From NCBI GenBank assembly GCA_965197415.1, contig OZ240207.1, positions 2,858,957 through 2,922,956 of the forward strand: a DNA stretch of 64,000 nt. Reading direction: 5' to 3'. The notes under the pieces were generated by a model. It saw only the letters and a list, made by a program, of their open reading frames with translations, did no database searches and was not told the DNA's origin. Below, piece by piece: positions 33,657 through 42,185 of the stretch; position 1 is the first letter of the stretch; the number at the start of each line of letters is the position of its first letter. Position numbers and translations under genes: made by a program. Origin of the DNA: Dehalococcoidia bacterium (GTDB lineage: Bacteria; Chloroflexota; Dehalococcoidia; Lucifugimonadales; JAGWBF01).

Positions 33657-36011
33657 ATGACCACGGGACAGATAATAAAAAGCCCTGAAGTTCCCGATTA
33701 CAACGTAGTGGGCAGCAGGCCTGTGCGACACGACGGACCGGACAAGGTGACGGGCCGGGCGCGTTATGCCGCCGACACGTCCTTTGCCGACATTCCAGGC
33801 CCCGCGCTTCTGCATGCGAGGGCGCTTCGCAGTCCTCACGCCCACGCGCGCATCAAGTCTATAGACGCCTCCAAAGCCCTGGCCCTTCCAGGGGTGAAGG
33901 CAGTGGTCACGGCTGCCGACATGCCGGAGGTCTCGGCGAAGCTGTCGGAAATAGAGGAAGGAGCCGCCGTCAACTACGGCTTCTACAGCCGCAACGTCAT
34001 GGCTAGGGAGAAGGCGTTGTACAAAGGCCATACCGTGGCGGCGGTAGCGGCAACCAGCGCCCACGTCGCAGAAGAGGCGCTGGCCTTGATCGAGGTGGAC
34101 TACGAGGTCTTGGAGCCGGTGTTCACCGCCGAGGAAGCCATGAAGGACGATGCACCCATACTTCATGAGCGGCTGGTGACAATGGCCGACGCAGCCTTCA
34201 GAGGCGGCGGCTACGCCGATGACGACGTGGAACGGCCCTCCAACGTAGCCAACCATTTCGAGTTCAAGCTGGGCGAGCCTGAGCAGGGGTTTGCTGAGGC
34301 CGACGTGGTTGTGGAACGGGAGTACCACACCCGGCCAGTGCACCAGGGATACATCGAACCACACTCCGCCACCGCGTACTGGGGGACCGATGGGTTGGTG
34401 ACGATATGGACCAGTTCCCAGGGCCACTTCGCCCTGAGAGACCATACCTCCAGCATGCTTGAGTTGCCGGTGTCCCAGGTGAAAATCATCCCGATGGAAA
34501 TCGGAGGCGGATTCGGAGGCAAGGGGCAGGGCGGCTGCTACCTGGAGCCGGTGGCTGCGGTCCTTTCCCGAAAGACGGGACACCCCGTGAAGTTGAGCAT
34601 GACCAGGACGGACGTGTTTCTGGGCACCGGCCCGACGTCGGCAGGCCATATCAAAATCAAGATTGGCGCCAGGAACGACGGCAAGATGGTTGCCGCTGAT
34701 GCACGTCTGGTCTTCGAGGCGGGCGCCTTCCCCGGGTCGCCAGTAGCGTCGGGAACGCGGACTATTTTCGGCCCTTACGACCTACAGAACGCCTACCTGG
34801 AAGCGATGGATGTGGTGGTGAACACTCAGAAGGTCGCCGCTTACCGGGCGCCCGGCTCTCCCATAGCCTCCTTTGCAGCTGAGACAGTCATCGACGAGCT
34901 TTGCGAAAAGCTCGGCATGGACCCCATCGAGATGCGCTTGCTCAACGCTTCCAAGGAGGGGACACGGCAGGTGGTCGGGCCGGTGTTCCAGCGCATCGGC
35001 AACGTGGAGGTCCTCCAAGCCGCCAGGGATCACGACCACAACAAGACGCCGGTTTCGCCGGACGGTCCCGACGGAAAGAAGCGTGGGCGCGGGGTAGCCA
35101 GCGGCGCATGGATGAACGGCACAGGGCCTGCCAGCGCTGTGGCCTCCGTGCACGCCGACGGCACCGTAAGCCTTCTTGAGGGCTCCCCCGACATCGGGGG
35201 CAGCAGGGCCGTTGCCGCCATGCACGTGGCCGAGGTCCTGGGCATCGGCGCCGAGGACGTTAAGCCGGCCATCGGCGACACCGCGGCGATAGGCTATAGC
35301 AGCGGGGCTGGCGGTTCCGGTGTGACCTTCAAGACCGGCACCGCCGTCTACGAGGCGGCCCAGGACGTTAAACGCCAGATGATTGCCCGGGCGGCAACGA
35401 TTTGGGACGCTGACCCTGAGGACATCGAGTACAGTGACCGGGGTTCGCTGTCCCACAAGTCCGACCCGGAACTGCGAATGACTTTCGCGGAGCTTGCGGC
35501 CAGGTTGAACGCCACTGGCGGCCCCATTGTTGGAAAGGCTGCCGTCAATCCGTCGCGGGTGGGGAACGCTTTCGCCGTTCACATGGTGGACGTGGAGGTG
35601 GACCCGGAGACGGGAAAGGTGGATATACTGCGCTACACCACCTTCCAGGATGCAGGAACGGCCATACACCCCTCCTATGTAGAGGGGCAGATGCAGGGCG
35701 GAGCCGTCCAAGGCATCGGCTGGGCTCTCAATGAAGAGTATTACATGAGTGGCGACGGTCAGATGCTGAACTCCAGCTTCCTGGACTACAGGATGCCCAC
35801 TTCACTGGACCTGCCCATGATAGACACGGTGATAATCGAGGTGCCCAACCCTGGCCATCCCTTTGGCGTCAGGGGAGTGGGCGAAGTGTCGCTGGTGCCG
35901 CCTATGGCTGCCGTGGCCAACGCAATACACGACGCGATAGGCGTCAGAATGAACCGGCTTCCCATGAGCCCCGGGGCCATACTGGAAACCATGTGGGAAC
36001 AAGAGGGCTAA
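33657..36011 (+). CDS. Xanthine dehydrogenase/aldehyde oxidase family molybdopterin-binding large subunit
   Basis: 'VTGRARYAADT', 'HARIKSID', 'GGGFGGKG' and 'AYRAPG' blocks, plus the C-terminal 'NPGHPFGVRGVGE'. No FeS or FAD subunit genes are adjacent. Confidence 0.9.
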   Translation: MTTGQIIKSPEVPDYNVVGSRPVRHDGPDKVTGRARYAADTSFADIPGPALLHARALRSPHAHARIKSIDASKALALPGVKAVVTAADMPEVSAKLSEIEEGAAVNYGFYSRNVMAREKALYKGHTVAAVAATSAHVAEEALALIEVDYEVLEPVFTAEEAMKDDAPILHERLVTMADAAFRGGGYADDDVERPSNVANHFEFKLGEPEQGFAEADVVVEREYHTRPVHQGYIEPHSATAYWGTDGLVTIWTSSQGHFALRDHTSSMLELPVSQVKIIPMEIGGGFGGKGQGGCYLEPVAAVLSRKTGHPVKLSMTRTDVFLGTGPTSAGHIKIKIGARNDGKMVAADARLVFEAGAFPGSPVASGTRTIFGPYDLQNAYLEAMDVVVNTQKVAAYRAPGSPIASFAAETVIDELCEKLGMDPIEMRLLNASKEGTRQVVGPVFQRIGNVEVLQAARDHDHNKTPVSPDGPDGKKRGRGVASGAWMNGTGPASAVASVHADGTVSLLEGSPDIGGSRAVAAMHVAEVLGIGAEDVKPAIGDTAAIGYSSGAGGSGVTFKTGTAVYEAAQDVKRQMIARAATIWDADPEDIEYSDRGSLSHKSDPELRMTFAELAARLNATGGPIVGKAAVNPSRVGNAFAVHMVDVEVDPETGKVDILRYTTFQDAGTAIHPSYVEGQMQGGAVQGIGWALNEEYYMSGDGQMLNSSFLDYRMPTSLDLPMIDTVIIEVPNPGHPFGVRGVGEVSLVPPMAAVANAIHDAIGVRMNRLPMSPGAILETMWEQEG

Positions 36012-36036
36012 AAGTAGAACAATCTCAGGAGGAGAC

Positions 36037-37155
36037 ATGGTTGCGTTGCCTGACACTTGCAAAGTGGCCGCCCTCGTGGGCGTACATCAACCCATGGAGA
36101 TCATGGAAGTCCCGATTCCCAAAGAGATGGAGTACGGGTCGATTATCGTCAAGACCGCCTCCGCCACCATCTGCGGGAGCGACGTCCACTACTGGGAGGG
36201 TGAGTCCACCACCGCTCCGAAAGAGTTCCCGCGCATACTGGGACACGAGATGACCGGGCATATAGCCAGGATGGGCCCGGGCGTAACCCACGACTCGGTG
36301 GGCCAGCCCCTGAGCGAAGGCGACCGCATCATATGGACCCACGGGTTCTGCGGCCAGTGCCATTACTGCACCGTGGAAAACCAGTACACGCTTTGCACCA
36401 ACCGGCGAGGTTACATGTCACCGTTATGCACCGAATATCCGTATTTGGTCGGTGGATTCGCCGAATACTGCTACGTATACCCCACTTCCGGCAGGCTCAA
36501 GGTCCCAGACAGTGTGTCCGATGACTTGGCGTCCGCCGCGGCCTGCGCCCTGCGGACGGTGGTCCACGGGTTTGACCGCCTGGGGCGCATCGAGAACCGG
36601 CACACCGTCGCAATCCAGGGCAGCGGCCCTCTGGGCCTCTTCTCCTTGACCCAGGCGCTGACGGCCGGAGCCAGGAAGGTCATTGTCATTGGAGGCCCGC
36701 CGGGCAGGCTGGAGATAGCCAGGAAGTGGGGCGCCGACTATACGCTGGACGTGGGTGAACTCAACGCCCAGGAACGGCACGAACGCATCATGGACATCAC
36801 GGGTGGACAAGGGCCGGACGTGGTGGTCGAGGTGTCGGGCGCCAAGACAGCCTTCCCCGAGGGTCTGCAGATGGTCCGGGGGACTGGCCGCTACCTGATC
36901 ATCGGGCAAATCGGCCCTCACGAGGTCACTTTCAGGCCCGCGGACATCGTTCGCAAGCACATGCGCATCGTTTCCACCCAGTCGGCTAGCGTGGCTCACT
37001 ACTGGAAGGCGTTGCAGTTCCTCCAGGACAACGCCGAGAACTTCACGTTCGAGGACATGATTACCAGCCATACGCCTCTGGCGGGCATCAACGAGGCGAT
37101 GGAACGCATGAAGTCCTTCCAGGACCTTAAGGCCGCTCTGACCTTCCCCGACTGA
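36037..37155 (+). CDS. Zn-dependent alcohol dehydrogenase (MDR superfamily)
   Basis: 'ICGSDVHYWEGE', 'GHEMTG', 'CGQCHYCTVENQYTLC' and a 'GSGPLG' Rossmann motif. Confidence 0.9.
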   Translation: MVALPDTCKVAALVGVHQPMEIMEVPIPKEMEYGSIIVKTASATICGSDVHYWEGESTTAPKEFPRILGHEMTGHIARMGPGVTHDSVGQPLSEGDRIIWTHGFCGQCHYCTVENQYTLCTNRRGYMSPLCTEYPYLVGGFAEYCYVYPTSGRLKVPDSVSDDLASAAACALRTVVHGFDRLGRIENRHTVAIQGSGPLGLFSLTQALTAGARKVIVIGGPPGRLEIARKWGADYTLDVGELNAQERHERIMDITGGQGPDVVVEVSGAKTAFPEGLQMVRGTGRYLIIGQIGPHEVTFRPADIVRKHMRIVSTQSASVAHYWKALQFLQDNAENFTFEDMITSHTPLAGINEAMERMKSFQDLKAALTFPD

Positions 37156-37835
37156 TGGGACGCGTTCCCTTTCCCCCTCTCCCCCTGGGAGAGGGCTGGG
37201 GTGAGGGCCGGAAGGCGCTGCTGGGCACAACCAACCCCGCCAAGCTGGAACGCTTGCGGTGGCTGCTTGAGGGTCTTCCTATTGAGACCGTGGGCCCGTC
37301 GTCCCTGGGTTTGTCGGGGTTGGACATCGAGGAAGCGGGGGCGACCCACGAGGAAAACGCTCGTCTCAAAGCCGACGCTTGGTCCCAAGCGGCTGGCTTA
37401 CCGGCCCTGGCAAGCGACGGCGGCTTGGTAATACCAGCGTTGGGCGATAACTGGTTGAGCTTACACACCCGTCGCTTTGCTGGCGAGGACGCTGACGACG
37501 ATGCCCGCATACGCCGGCTGCTTGAGCTAATGGAGCCCTACAGCGAAGAGGACCGCAAAGGTGTATGGGTCGAATCAGTAGCCTTGGCGGGAGGCGGGCT
37601 GCCCACCGTTTCCTGGCTGATGGAAGGTCCTGCCGGATACATTCTGGAAGCGCCCGACGACGCTCACCGAATACCCGGGTTCTGGTTCTTCTCGTTGTGG
37701 TTCCTTCCAGAGCTGGGCAAGACCTACGCCGCCGCCCTTGACGGCCCGGAAGCGGACCTGGATTCCATAGGCGACCATTGGGCCCGCCTCAAGTCCAAGG
37801 TGCGGGACTATGTCACGAGACTTTCGGGCTCGTGA
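37155..37835 (+). CDS. Ham1/RdgB-like non-canonical purine NTP pyrophosphatase with repeat-derived N-terminal extension
   Basis: 'LLGTTNPAKLERL', 'EEAGATHEENARLKA' and 'ALASDGGLVIPAL' loosely match Ham1 motifs. The only in-frame ATG (37155, overlapping the upstream stop as TGATG) places the repeat unit in codons 7-18. Confidence 0.5.
   Translation: MGRVPFPPLPLGEGWGEGRKALLGTTNPAKLERLRWLLEGLPIETVGPSSLGLSGLDIEEAGATHEENARLKADAWSQAAGLPALASDGGLVIPALGDNWLSLHTRRFAGEDADDDARIRRLLELMEPYSEEDRKGVWVESVALAGGGLPTVSWLMEGPAGYILEAPDDAHRIPGFWFFSLWFLPELGKTYAAALDGPEADLDSIGDHWARLKSKVRDYVTRLSGS
37175..37207 (+). repeat. Single forward copy of the GC-rich hairpin unit, inside the 5' end of the Ham1-like ORF
   Basis: CCCTCTCCCCCTGGGAGAGGGCTGGGGTGAGGG, translated as PLPLGEGWGEG. 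Confidence 0.7.
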
Positions 37836-37875
37836 TATGATGTAGCGACCATATAGATCATGTAGGTTGCACCAC

Positions 37876-38124
37876 ATGACTACGTATAGCATAAGAGAGT
37901 TCAAGGCCAAAGTCAGCGAAATACTCAGAAACCTCAATGACGGCGAAGAGGTGATCATCACCCGACGCGGAAAGCCATGCGGGAAACTCATTCCCCTGCA
38001 ATCTGCCGCCGAGGGAAAGCCTTCGCTACGTGACCTGAGAGGGTCCATGACGCAACTTCCCGACGCGAACTACGAGGACTTTCTGGGCGCCAAGGCGCTA
38101 TGGGACTCGCAGCGGGCCGATTAA
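37876..38124 (+). CDS. Phd/YefM-family antitoxin, apparently orphan
   Basis: 'YSIREFKAKVSEILRNLNDGEEVIITRRGKPCGKLIPL' is typical of Phd/YefM N-termini. No toxin ORF lies in the 75 nt before the next gene. Confidence 0.7.
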   Translation: MTTYSIREFKAKVSEILRNLNDGEEVIITRRGKPCGKLIPLQSAAEGKPSLRDLRGSMTQLPDANYEDFLGAKALWDSQRAD

Positions 38125-38199
38125 AGACGGCTCCGCGCAGTCCTAATGACATCTTGGCTAGGCTGTTTAAGGGACATTTGAAGGAGAAGCTGATACCCG

Positions 38200-38919
38200 A
38201 TGAAGAATAAAGTCGTTGGCAGCATCGATGAGGCTGTTGCGGACATACCCGACGGCTCCACCGTCATGTTCCCAGGGTTCGGACCCACAGGCATGCCCCG
38301 TAACCTCATAGCCGCCCTGCTCAAGCAGGGGGCAAAGGACCTCACCGGAATTTCCAACAGGTTTGGGCGCCCCGAGGACTCCATGGACGTGCTGAACCTC
38401 ATCGAAGCTGGGCGCATGAGGAAGATGGTCCTTGCCTTCTCAGCCGAACCCCACCCTTCCCGCACCTCCGCTTGGTCGGACATGTACCAGGCGGGCGAAA
38501 TCGAGGCCGAACTGGTCCCCCAGGGGACACTGGCCGAGCGGATGCGAGCCGCCGGAGCCGGGATCGGGGCGTTTTACACCCCTACGTCGGTGGGCACCGA
38601 GTTGGCCGAGGGTAAAGAACACCGGACCATAGACGGTCGGGAGTACGTCCTGGAATATCCGCTCCACGCCGACTACGCTTTCATCAGGGCCTGGAGGTCG
38701 GACACCTTTGGAAACCTCCAGTACCGACTCTCCCAGCGCAACTTCAACCCAGTGATGGCCCAGGCAGCTAGAATCACCATAGTAGAGGTGGAGCACGAGA
38801 TCGTGGAGTTGGGCGAACTGGACCCCGACTGTGTGCACACCCCCGGCCTATGCGTAGACCGCATAGTAAAGATTCCCCCGCCTCCCGAGGGGATCTTCGA
38901 AAAACCCCCAGGGCGGTAG
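38200..38919 (+). CDS. scoA: 3-oxoacid CoA-transferase subunit A (family I)
   Basis: 'KVVGSIDEAVADIPDGSTVMFPGFG' and 'ELVPQGTLAERMRAAGAGI' are typical of subunit A. Confidence 0.9.
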   Translation: MKNKVVGSIDEAVADIPDGSTVMFPGFGPTGMPRNLIAALLKQGAKDLTGISNRFGRPEDSMDVLNLIEAGRMRKMVLAFSAEPHPSRTSAWSDMYQAGEIEAELVPQGTLAERMRAAGAGIGAFYTPTSVGTELAEGKEHRTIDGREYVLEYPLHADYAFIRAWRSDTFGNLQYRLSQRNFNPVMAQAARITIVEVEHEIVELGELDPDCVHTPGLCVDRIVKIPPPPEGIFEKPPGR

Positions 38920-38957
38920 CTCCCATTTCAAGCATTTCCTAAGTCGGAGGCAGACGG

Positions 38958-39626
38958 ATGGAGAAGAAATCTTTGGACCGACAGACCATGTGCAGCCGTT
39001 TGGCCATGGAATTCCAGGATGGATGGGTGGTCAATCTGGGTGTGGGGATGCCCACGCTATGCTCCAACTATGACTTCAAAGACGTAGACATCATCTTCCA
39101 CTCTGAGAATGGGGTTATAGGTTACGGCCCCATAGCCAAGGAAGGTGAGGAAGACCTGCATCTGGTGAACGCCGGAGGCCAATACACCACCATCCACAAG
39201 GGCGCGGCCATAGTCCACCATGCCGACTCCTTCGGCCTTATCCGGGGAGGCTACGTGGACGTGACCGTAATGGGCGCCTACGAGGTGGCGGAGAACGGAG
39301 ACTTCGCCAACTGGAGAATCGCAGGCCGGAAGGGCGGAGGCATCGGCGGAGCCATGGACCTGGCGGTGGGCGCCAAGAGGGTGTACATAGCTCTCGAGCA
39401 CACCACCAGGGACGGGGAGCCCAGGCTTCTTAAGCGTTGTGATCTGCCCGTGACCGCGGTAGGAGTGGTGACCCTGGTGGTCACCAACCTGGGCCTGTTC
39501 GAGGTGTCGCCCCAGGGGTTCGTATTGAAGGAAATTGCCCCGGGCTACACGCCCGAGGAGGTCCAAGAGGCCACAGGCGCCGAGTTGGTAATCGCACCGG
39601 ACCTTAAGGAGTTGGAAGTAAGGTAG
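38958..39626 (+). CDS. scoB: 3-oxoacid CoA-transferase subunit B (family I)
   Basis: 'HSENGVIGYGP' carries the catalytic Glu (SENG motif). 'GGAMDL' block present. Confidence 0.9.
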   Translation: MEKKSLDRQTMCSRLAMEFQDGWVVNLGVGMPTLCSNYDFKDVDIIFHSENGVIGYGPIAKEGEEDLHLVNAGGQYTTIHKGAAIVHHADSFGLIRGGYVDVTVMGAYEVAENGDFANWRIAGRKGGGIGGAMDLAVGAKRVYIALEHTTRDGEPRLLKRCDLPVTAVGVVTLVVTNLGLFEVSPQGFVLKEIAPGYTPEEVQEATGAELVIAPDLKELEVR

Positions 39627-39683
39627 ACCTCCGGAAGCACCGTAGTGCGGTGTTCCGGCAATGTTTGAAGACCGGAGGAGAGC

Positions 39684-40712
39684 ATGAGAGGCATAGTTTA
39701 CGAGTCGGGCGGCGTTGAGGCGCTGGCCATCACCGAATTGCCGGACCCAAAGCCCGCCGCCGGCGAGGTCCTGCTCAGGGTCAAGGGCTGCGCCATGAAC
39801 CACCTGGACGTTTGGGCGACCAAGAATCCGAAGAACCGTCGCTTCGGAGGCCCGCGGATCATGGGCAGCGACGTTTCAGGTGTAGTCGAAGAGCTGGGAC
39901 CCGGGGTGACGGGATATTCCGTCGGAGACTCGGTGGTGGTGTCGCCGGGCATCAGCTGCCAGCATTGCTTCCAGTGTTTGCGTGGGCGGCACGCCGACTG
40001 TCCTCAGTACCACCTATTAGGAGTGGGCAGGGACGGAGGATATTCGGAGCTCATGACCGTTCCCGCAGCGAACCTGGCTCCCCTTCCCGCCAACCTCAGC
40101 CTGGAAGAGGCCGCTTCCGTGCCGCTTGTTTTCATTACAGCCTGGAGGATGCTCCACGAGCGGGCCAGGGTCGAACCGGGAGAGTGGGTGTTGGTTACGG
40201 CGGCCGGCAGCGGAGTGGGCATCGCCGCCATCCAAATCGCCAAATCCACCGGTGCAAAGGTCATCACCACCGCCTCAACCGAGGAGAAGCGTCAGAAGGG
40301 CCTGGACCTGGGAGCCGACGCAGCCATCGACTACACGCAGCCTGACTGGCACCAGCAGCTCCTCGAAATCACGGACGGGCGCGGGGTAAACGTGGCGGCT
40401 GACAGTGTGGGAGGCAGGACCATCGAAGAGCTGATAAAGGGCATGGCCCCCGGAGGGCGGGTGGTCAACTGCGGTTTCACCGACACCACGCCCATGTCCA
40501 TCGATATGGCCACGCTGAGGGACAGGAAAATATCCGTCGGCTGGTCCTTCATGGGCAGCAACAGCTACATGCACGAGTCCCTCAGGCTGATGGAAGCCGG
40601 GCGTATGAAGCCGGTGGTCCACAAGGTCTTTCCCTTCGAGGAGGTTCAGGACGCCCATCACTCGATGATTAACAGGGACAACTTTGGCAAGATAGTGCTC
40701 ACCTGGCAATAG
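39684..40712 (+). CDS. Zn-containing/quinone-oxidoreductase-type MDR dehydrogenase
   Basis: GroES-like N-terminus, a 'CQHCFQCLRGRHADC' cluster and an 'AAGSGVG' NAD(P) motif. Confidence 0.86.
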   Translation: MRGIVYESGGVEALAITELPDPKPAAGEVLLRVKGCAMNHLDVWATKNPKNRRFGGPRIMGSDVSGVVEELGPGVTGYSVGDSVVVSPGISCQHCFQCLRGRHADCPQYHLLGVGRDGGYSELMTVPAANLAPLPANLSLEEAASVPLVFITAWRMLHERARVEPGEWVLVTAAGSGVGIAAIQIAKSTGAKVITTASTEEKRQKGLDLGADAAIDYTQPDWHQQLLEITDGRGVNVAADSVGGRTIEELIKGMAPGGRVVNCGFTDTTPMSIDMATLRDRKISVGWSFMGSNSYMHESLRLMEAGRMKPVVHKVFPFEEVQDAHHSMINRDNFGKIVLTWQ

Positions 40713-40722
40713 GGAGGCGTCA

Positions 40723-41298
40723 ATGGCGGAAGACACCGTGATAGCGGACTTCATTGACAAGGTCAAAGGGCAAATTTCGGAGAAGGGCGTCACCGATGAA
40801 GCTCTGTCAGCCATCGCGTCGATGACGCAGGAACTCAGCCGCCGGGACGACCTCTGCGACCTAGGCGTCTGGCGCGACCCCACTCCCGGAGGGAACACCA
40901 TCGGATCCTATCGCCTCCACTCCGAGCCGGACGACACGCTGGTGCTGTCGGTGTCCCGCTTCTCCCAGGAGAAGCCCACTCCCGTCCACACCCACGGCAC
41001 TTGGGGCGTGATATGCGGATACCAGGGCCGGGACAAGTACGAGGGCTGGCGTAGGGTGGACGACGGCGCAGAGCCGGGCAAGGCCGAGTTGGAGCTGCTG
41101 GTGGACGCTGTGCTGGAGCGAGGGGACGCCGTCTACTGGCTGGAGTATCCCGGGGACATCCACAGGCAGCAAGCCCTCGGCGACGAGCCTTCATGGGAAG
41201 TGCTCCTCATGGGCAAGAGCACGAGAGGCGTCACCAGACTCCACTTTGACCCCGACAAGGGCTCCGTCTGGGAAGTTCCGCCGCTGACGCCCGCATAG
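40723..41298 (+). CDS. Cupin-fold (double-stranded beta-helix) metalloprotein, cysteine-dioxygenase-like
   Basis: 'PVHTHGTWGVICGYQG' and 'GDIHRQ' are His-containing cupin motifs. SD GGGAGG. Confidence 0.5.
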   Translation: MAEDTVIADFIDKVKGQISEKGVTDEALSAIASMTQELSRRDDLCDLGVWRDPTPGGNTIGSYRLHSEPDDTLVLSVSRFSQEKPTPVHTHGTWGVICGYQGRDKYEGWRRVDDGAEPGKAELELLVDAVLERGDAVYWLEYPGDIHRQQALGDEPSWEVLLMGKSTRGVTRLHFDPDKGSVWEVPPLTPA

Positions 41299-41308
41299 CC
41301 GCCGTTCT

Positions 41309-42013
41309 ATGAGAGTGCTGGGGAGAGAACTGGAGGCCCCCTTCGATGATTTCTGGAGGTGGGCCGAGCCTGAAATCGGAATTCCCTGGGAGCTTGCGGA
41401 GAACGGCCACTGGACCATCTTTGGAGACCAGGCCTACAGCCCCGCCTCAGGTCAACTGCCGCCTTGGATGGAGTTGCCCGGTTTTGCCCTAAGCTTCCAC
41501 GTGGCCCATGAGCTTACGCACGTACTCATGAGGAAACGTGGATTCCCTATGACCAACAGGGGGCCGCAATACGCTCCGAATTCCCACGAAGCCAGGGTCG
41601 GCGGTGACCTGGAGGAGATGGTGGGCCATCCAGGTATGGAACGGCTACTGGAGCCCCTTCCCTTCGACAAGTCCCACATTCAGCAGAAGCTCTTCGAGGG
41701 CGCCCGGAGCGGACTGGAAAATGCTCCTATTCCTACACAGGGCGGCCTGTGGTGGGTGACTTGGGCGATGCGATTCTGCGAGCTTCAGTTCCTTTTGACG
41801 GAGCCCATGTGGCTGCGGCTGGAGGTGGTTTACGACGGGCGGTGCCCCGAAATCGCCGCTAAAGGCCGTGAGTTGGTGGACGTCATGCTTGCTGAGGGGT
41901 TCGAAACGCCGGACCAGGCCCTCGGCGCAATGATAGGTTGCCGGGACGCTTTGGGACTGCGGGAAGAAGCCAAGTGTCTTATCACCGACCCCAGGGATGG
42001 ACAGACCTATTAG
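41309..42013 (+). CDS. Hypothetical protein with HExxH motif
   Basis: 'FHVAHELTHVLM' contains HExxH. There is no SD and the start is uncertain. Confidence 0.4.
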   Translation: MRVLGRELEAPFDDFWRWAEPEIGIPWELAENGHWTIFGDQAYSPASGQLPPWMELPGFALSFHVAHELTHVLMRKRGFPMTNRGPQYAPNSHEARVGGDLEEMVGHPGMERLLEPLPFDKSHIQQKLFEGARSGLENAPIPTQGGLWWVTWAMRFCELQFLLTEPMWLRLEVVYDGRCPEIAAKGRELVDVMLAEGFETPDQALGAMIGCRDALGLREEAKCLITDPRDGQTY

Positions 42014-42185
42014 TTCTGTACAGATTCAGGTTTCGCGCCAAGAACCCTGGTTTCCCCCTTGAATTTATAGACGCTCGGAAAGTATCGTCAATTTAGGGGA
42101 TGTGCGCTTCGGCGCCGTCCCGTCTCTGCGTCCTGTGACTGGGCCGGTTACTTCCCCGCGTGCCGGGAATATTGTGGAGTAGACG

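Noticed and set aside
33552-34649. 365-aa minus-strand ORF
   Set aside because: Antisense to the XDH-family large subunit. Its C-terminal 'PLPLGEGWGEG' is just the hairpin repeat read in another frame.
25251-37155. Secondary-metabolite biosynthetic gene cluster (P450, CoA-transferases, thiolases, dehydrogenases)
   Set aside because: There is no core biosynthetic enzyme (PKS, NRPS, terpene cyclase, RiPP precursor or maturase) and no adenylation or carrier domains. The composition is typical of CoA-dependent catabolism.
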